A stretch of DNA of 64,000 nt from the human T2T-CHM13v2.0 reference genome, Homo sapiens. Made by a program: the position numbers and the translations under genes. Shown in pieces: positions 56,651-64,000 of this stretch. The stretch lies in assembly GCF_009914755.1 (NCBI RefSeq), contig NC_060926.1. One strand, given 5' to 3'. Numbering within the stretch: the first letter of the stretch is position 1; every line of letters begins with the position of its first letter. The notes under the pieces were generated by a model. The model made no database searches and was not told where the DNA came from. It was given only the letters and a program-made list of their open reading frames with translations.

Positions 56651-59600
56651 TGCATTGTGTAAGGTGCTTTGCAAAGCCTTATACAAAGGCTTTTATCCTC
56701 CGAAGCCTCACATGCCAATTCACTTGGCACTGTGTGCCTACTATGTGCCAGAAGCCAGGAACACAGGCACGATGGGTCTAGCCTCCCCCTTCAGGATTGA
56801 GACCAGCAAACAGGGTTTGCTGTTAGCCCGTTTTATGGAAGTCAAAAGGAGATGAGGAGGGAGAGCAGGAGCAGGAACCTGGGGGGGTCCCGCTGCCTGC
56901 TAGCCAGGAGGCCAGTGCAACCTGGGAGCTCCAGGTCCCTCTGTCTCTCCCCGCATGGCTCAGGCACACAGTCTAAGCACTGGAGTGGCGCGGAGCCGAC
57001 TGCAGACTATGGGAAAGGCCTCCCTAGTCTCTCGCAGTGCAGCAGGCAGGGTGACCCGCAAGTGCAGTGGCACAAAGCCGGACGCTGGCATCAGGTTCTG
57101 TCCTTGCTGTGATCAGGGCTCCCACAGTGCTGACTCAGCTCCCCCCGCCCAGCCCTGCAGCCCACACCCATTCCTCAGGGAGGCTTCTGAAGTTGGCCCC
57201 AGGCCAGAACAGCCCAGGATCAACAGACCCTGCCCACCAGCCCCCGGGTGGTGCTGCCCCGAATGCCCTCAGGAAAGGACCCCCTCAATTGGGGAGGTTG
57301 ACCCCCTCAACCATGGGGCCTCCTCCAGGCCCATGGTTCACCAGACCAGGAGAACAGGGTGGGCGGGTCAACTCGGGGAAGGCGGTGACATTCCAGCTCA
57401 GCCAGGCTGCCTTCCAGGACAGGCTGCTTCACTGAGTCCTTGCAGGGAGAGGGGACACAAATAAATAAACTCCTGGCTTGGTTTATATTTCAGAAAAAGA
57501 ACAAGATTTGGGTCCTGTCCCAGGTTCAGCAAATGCATCCAATTAATTGTGGATTCTGTTTCTCAGTTTAGAACAAGAGTCAGCTCATTCCTCGTCCTGG
57601 AGTCCCCTCCCAAGCCACTAACATCCCCCAGGATCCCTGCAACTCTTTCTTTGTGGGAGGTGGGAGGTATGCTTCTCAGGAGCACAGTCAGGCCAGCTTC
57701 ATTCAAATCTGATCCTCCTAGGTCCCTGGATTCCTGTCAGTACCCAGGTCCCCTGCACCATGCCTCCCTGGCGGGGTCACTGGTGGATCCCGGAGTATGG
57801 AAATCCCAAGGTGAAGGGCCTGGCTCTGTGGGTTCACCTTCCCTTTGGTGTGCCAGCCTCCTGGAGCCACCCAGGGGCCCCACTCCCACCCCCAAACATA
57901 TGCCAGGTGTTCCCCAACAAAGGCAGCCCCCACACTGATTTTCATTTGAAGACAATGAAGACATCTGCACCTTAACAGTCCCTTCCAAGCTCTTCTTACC
58001 ACCTCCTTCCCACTCCCTGGACTCAGGGATGGGGGTGGCAGCACCTGGGAAAGGCCAACTTGGGGCCAAGTCTGAGGCCCAAGAGGAAGGGAATCCCAGA
58101 GTTTCTCCAGCCTCTGTTCTCATCTGCCAGATGGGGCCATGGTTTGGTCCCACCTACCTCACAGGGCACAGAGAGAAACAAATGGAAAGCGGCGGGTGTG
58201 ATGGTTCTTAGTAAATTACATAATGCAACAGAGGTGCAATGGCTCTGCCCCCCTGAACCTTCCAGACCCAGCCGGACCCAGCAGGAACTCAGCTGCTGCC
58301 ATTCTCACTTACAGGAGTCGGGAGTTCACCTTGTTTTGCTGAGAGAGGAGTCTCCCACTTCCCGGTCCCCAGGTGGGTACACTGAGGCTTGGTGGCCCAC
58401 CTGGAGCCTGTGGTCTTCCGCTACATAGCAGGTTCCTCCAGTGAGCAAGTGAGTGAATGAATAAATGATGCCAGACCCTCACCTCCACCCCCAGCCCTGT
58501 GCCCCTCATCTGGCCCCCTCCAGCCTCGGCCCCACCTGCAATCTTTCGCCCTCTCCTCCCCATTCTATCAGGGTCTAAGTCAAAGGAGAGCTGACTTCTG
58601 TCCTGGGAAGGTGAGACCATCAGCTCCCAATTTAGCTTTTTCAGCCTCTACAGGTGGTGGGGAGAGAATGGCAGGGAAGCTCACTGAAGTTCACTTTCAA
58701 GAAACCTGTCATAAGCACAGACAACAAACTCAAAACACGAAAGCCAGAATGACGCCCGTGGGCTGTCATGAGATGCTCCCTGGGAAAGAGCGTTTGCATC
58801 ACCCACCAGGGAGGGCAGAGCTGCGTGCTTCCCTCACACATCCTCCCAGACCCTCCAACAAGCCATAGGCAAGTGACTTGCCCAGCGCCACACAGCGGGG
58901 GAGCAGCCCCAAGGGGATGAATTCCTTCCTCCCTATGTCCTAACTTTCCTCTTCCCCTTTCTCTCATTCGGTGTCTCCCCTCCCTTTGCCCATCTGCCTG
59001 TGGTCCCAGGGTCCAGCTCCGAGCTCCATCCACCCCATCACCTGCATCTGGCCCCTGACACATAATTAGACAGCTCATACCACTTCAGGCCAGAGAAAAA
59101 AGGGGAGCTGCCATGGGCCAAATGGATAGGAGGCCAAAGACCCTCAAGGGGTCTTTCCCACCCAGGCCTCTCTGTGCCAGAAGGGCCCCTGCTTGCCCTG
59201 GACTCAGGCATCTTGGCCTCAGCCCCAGAGAGATGGTGAGCTGAGCAAAGGTCCAAAGAAAGTAGCAGCAGCTGTTGGAAAAAAGGGCTGGGCTGGCAAA
59301 GGCTCTCCTGGCACCCACTCCTGCCAGCCCTGTGGTTCCAACAAAGCTTCTCCAGCCACGGGCCTGGTGGAAACCCCTCGCTGCCAGACACTGCCCCCAT
59401 CTCCATCCACACAACAGAGACTGAGGCATTATTCACGTTACCATGCCCACTCCCCACTCGGGGGTCTGTCCTGGAGCCAGGGGTCCCCACAGCTGGCAGG
59501 ACCACTCCTCTGAGGCCCCTCCCTAGCTCTGACCCAGCTCTGCAACAAAAGGACCCCTATGGCCATCCCAGTCAACGGCCTGGCCACACAGGGCCATGCA

Positions 59601-59656
59601 TACAGGGGCGCCCTAAAAAGGGTGAGCGGATCCACTGATAGACCTCCCAGCCGCCA

Positions 59657-59825
59657 GCTCTCCAGGCCCAGCAGCGTCAGCCCTCCAGGCCCAGCAGTGT
59701 CATCCCTCCAGGCCCAGGAGCGTCACCCCTCCAGGCCCAGCAGCGTCACTCCTCCAGGCCCAGCAGCGTCAGCCCTCCAGGCCCAGCAGCGTCACCCCTC
59801 CAGGCCCAGCAGCGTCAGCCCTCCT
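59657..59825 (+). repeat. 23-bp minisatellite (CCCTCCAGGCCCAGCAGCGTCAS, 7 copies) in intron 1
   Basis: tccagg recurs every 23 nt from 59661 to 59799. Confidence 0.95.
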
Positions 59826-61737
59826 GGTGTCACCCTGGGCTGTGCAGCAGGTGGAGAAGCAGGCATGCATGGGACAGGGCAGGTACAGGATGTTTTCCAC
59901 CTGCCCTTCCAGCGACAGGTGTCACCTGGCCCCTGTGTCCCCAGCCCTAACAGGGGTGGACTCCAGGCCCAAGCCCTGCCCCAGACCCTGGGCATGGCTG
60001 GATTCTAATCTGGCCCAGGCCACTCCTTCTGGAGACTCCAGGCTCATCCCCTCACCCGCAACCCAGGACAATTAAGATACAGTCCTTGGCTGAGGCCAGA
60101 CCAGGAGACAGAAGAAAGGTTCAGGCAACACGTGGGGAGGGAAGCTGAAGAGCCCAGGGCAGGGCCCGCCTCACCCAAGGGCCCCGGGCTACAGCCCAGG
60201 CCCAGCCTCTGCCCATCTTCTCAAACTCAGGCCCTGAATGGGCCCTGACAAGCACTGTTCCCGCTGCCATCCAAGCATCTCTCCCCACACTACCACCTGC
60301 CTCCTTTGCCCTCTGAACTTGGCTCAGGTTCTGAGGAGGCTTCCCTGACTGCTGGGGCCTGAGGGAAAGCCCCTCAGGCTCCAGTGCCCTCCCCAACCCA
60401 CAGTCCTGGGATGAGTGCTGTGTGCAAGGCTGGGAGCTCCTGAGAGCAGGCACCCACAGTGGGCAGGTCACAGATGACAGAATGACTTAGGGTGTAAATG
60501 CGAAGCCATCGCTGCCTCTACCCAGGTGATCTGCAGGCTCCTCGGGGGACTTCATTCAGAGTAAGAAGTTGACCCACAAAACAAGGACCATATTTCAGGA
60601 GCCAGCGGGGATGCCCCAGGGGCTCTGAGGATGGGGAGGCCTGCAGGGAACGGAAGGCCTGAGCTCCACAGACCCTGGTAGTGATAAATCCTTCCCCCGC
60701 CCCCAACCCAGTCCTGTGGCGGCTGCTGCAGCCACCCACTCACTCCCCGTAACAATCCGGGCTCAGCCACCAGACACTGCGGCCTTCACACAGCAGAGGG
60801 GAGATGTCTGCAGACTGGAGGCAGCAGTGGGGGCTGGGCATAGTATGGAGTCATGAATGCCCACTCCCAGGGGCACCACAGGACAGTCCTCAGTGCCCCA
60901 AGGCCACTGTGGCCCCAGGCTCCAAGGCCCAACCACCCCACCCCCACGCCCCATGCTGTTGCTGTGACCCCAATCCCACCCCACCTGCTGTCGCACTTGG
61001 GATCTAGGTCACAACGGGGGCCGAAGGTGCAGGCCCGGGAAGCAGAGGGAAGAGGCTTTGCAAAAAGCCAGCAAAATGTGTCCAAGGGCAGCAGCTCTCA
61101 CAGTGATGTCTGGGTCCAGCAAATCACACTGAACCCCCAGCCAGCACTGCCCAGTACTGCTGTCACCTGAAAGCTTTCTCTTATAGGACAGGCCCCTGCA
61201 GAGGACCGAGGCCAAGCCCTATTTGGCATCTGGCCTAAAATCAGGCAGGACTCCTCGGCTGGGCCTGGGCCAATCACAAGAACCCCATTTGTGGGCACCA
61301 AGCATTACAGCCACCAGCTCAGGTTAGGCCCCACCACAGCCCTGAGCAGCTGACCACGGCTGCTTTATCACGGGGGAGTGTGATGAGGAGCGATCCTGGG
61401 TCCCTCCAGGGTGGCCGGGGCAGGGTGGGATCTGCACCCACTAGCCTAGCCCCAACCTAAATCCTGCAGACACAGCATCCCTCCCGCTCCCACCCTGCAC
61501 CCTCAAACCCAGGGAGCCTCCAGGGCCTCTGCCAGCCATCAGTACTGTCTCCCCACTGCCTAAAGAATCCATGCAGCCACATGTGCAACAAGTATGCACC
61601 TACTGTGAGCCAAGCTGAGGGGATGAGATGCCTTGGTGACCACAGGGACCAGAGACACATGGGCCTGCCTGGGTCAGGAAGCAAAGCAAAGTGCCCAGAG
61701 TATGGGATTCCCCCCAGGAAGTCTTCCCAGGGTGCAT

Positions 61738-61762
61738 GTGTGTGTGTGTGTGTGTGTGTGTG
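61738..61762 (+). repeat. (TG)n microsatellite
   Basis: Directly visible. Confidence 0.9.
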
Positions 61763-61844
61763 GTAGCGGGGGCAGTGTCGGCAGCATGGTTCTTTCCCCC
61801 CCAGGAACATTAAAAAACAACTAGTATGACCATCATCTCATTAA

Positions 61845-62494
<650 letters not shown>

Positions 62495-64000
62495 AAGAGT
62501 GTTCTTTTAGACTGGAATAAACTGGAGACAACTTTTACTATTTGGGAAAAAACACACAGCACAGGGTCCTGTCTGTCCTCATTTGCGTGCATGAACCCCC
62601 ATCTCTGGACTTGCACCTAGAAACCCCAGGTGTTCCCATCACCCCAGAGTCTACCACACACTCCAAAGTGCAAGCCTAGACCCCAGGTGGAGCTGGGGGT
62701 CCGACAGGGGCCCCAAGTCTTGGGAGGGTCTTGGGGACCAAAGTCTGTCACAATGACACCCCTTCACCATCAGGGCTTTATGCAGGGAGTCCGCTGGACG
62801 CCTCCATCTCATTTGCTTGTCTCCAAGGCCTTGCCCCAGGCCAGACCCCACTACTGATCCTACTGACCACAAGGGAGGTAGAAGCCCAGACGGCCCACTG
62901 GGGAGTCACACAACCACTCCAGCTTCAGTTTCTTCCTTTGTGGATGGGACGTATAATACTCTCACCTGTCCACAGTGATGATGGCATGCAGCCAGTATGC
63001 AGGAAACAATGCCATTATGTTTAAGTTAATATTTGACAAGGGCTTCCCTGTAGCAGGAAGAGCCTGCCTTTCTCTCCTCGGCTCCCCAGCCCTGACCCCT
63101 GTCAGCCCTTGGCAGGTCCACAACCCTGCGGCCTCTTTAGGAGGTGGCAGCCTCTCAGAAGCCCGGGTGCTGGGCCTCTTCCACAGCACAAGAACAGCAG
63201 TAGGCTGAGTCCCTCCAGTGGTCTCCGCAGGAGCAGAACCTGGAGCCCCACCTGAGTGGGCAGCCTCTCCAGCACATTTCGATTTCGTCTTCACCACAGC
63301 CCCAGCGGCAGAGATCATGACCCCTGTTTCAGATGAGGAAACCGGGATTCCAAGAATTCAGTGAGACTTGCCCAAGGGTAGGAATGTGCGGGGGTGGGGG
63401 ATAGACTCAAACTCAGCTGTCTAGAGCTTTCTACCGCACCCAGAGTTGCTGCCTGGCATGAGAATCTTACAAGTGGCCCTGGGCAGCAGAGGCCATCTTT
63501 GACACCCTCCTCCTCTCCTTTAGCAGCCCCTCCTGCCTCCCCCATCCTCCATCCTGGACAGGTACCCCTGCCCACCTGCCCTGCACAAACACCCAGCGAG
63601 GCTGCACATCTGCACTCTTAATCCTAAAAGGAGGCTTGCCAAACAGGCAGCTTTAGGAAAACACAACAAACCAGGGTGGCATCCAAAAGGAAGCCATCCT
63701 CCCGTGGGTGCCCCTCACCTGGGACGGGAGCTGCCCACCTGACTCTCTCCACCCAATCCACTTGCTGTGTGAGCTCCCACAGTCACGTCCACATCTCAGT
63801 CCTCAACCTAGCACACTCCTCCCGCACGGGACACATGCAGAAAGTCCTGAGGGCAGGTGAGTCCCTGCCTCACCACCCCTCTAAGCACCTGCCACTATAC
63901 TTGGTGGTTTCTTCACCATCTCCCCTGGTGAGAATGTCAGCTCCAGGAGAGCAGGGGCTTGGTTCTGCTGACTCCTGGGTCCCCACTCCCTAGAACAGTG

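Overview
Human genomic DNA containing most of BIN1 (bridging integrator 1 / amphiphysin II) on the minus strand. Coding exons 2-20 were located by matching their translations to the BIN1 protein as I recall it (N-BAR, exon-7 insert, muscle PI exon 11, CLAP exons 13-16, Myc-binding region, SH3). All have GT-AG boundaries and compatible phases. Exons 2-20 without exon 11 total 1698 nt; adding the 84 coding nt of exon 1 gives 594 codons, the 593-aa neuronal isoform plus stop. Exon 1 is not in the window, so 39092-64000 is intron 1 and 1-~10400 is downstream flank. The rest is Alu, L1, LTR and DNA-transposon remnants plus several minisatellites; nearly all ORFs in the supplied track are spurious. 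I see no novel gene system. The best second-look items are unverified splicing hypotheses read from the sequence: (1) a candidate TDP-43-repressed cryptic exon in intron 5 whose frame depends on an internal (TG)17 repeat; (2) QKI, NOVA, RBFOX, MBNL and SRRM4 motifs arranged around the muscle and neuronal cassette exons; (3) a tandem donor after exon 11; (4) a poison alternative acceptor upstream of exon 7; (5) an in-frame MMRK exon in intron 1. Repeat boundaries and subfamilies are approximate and judged by eye.
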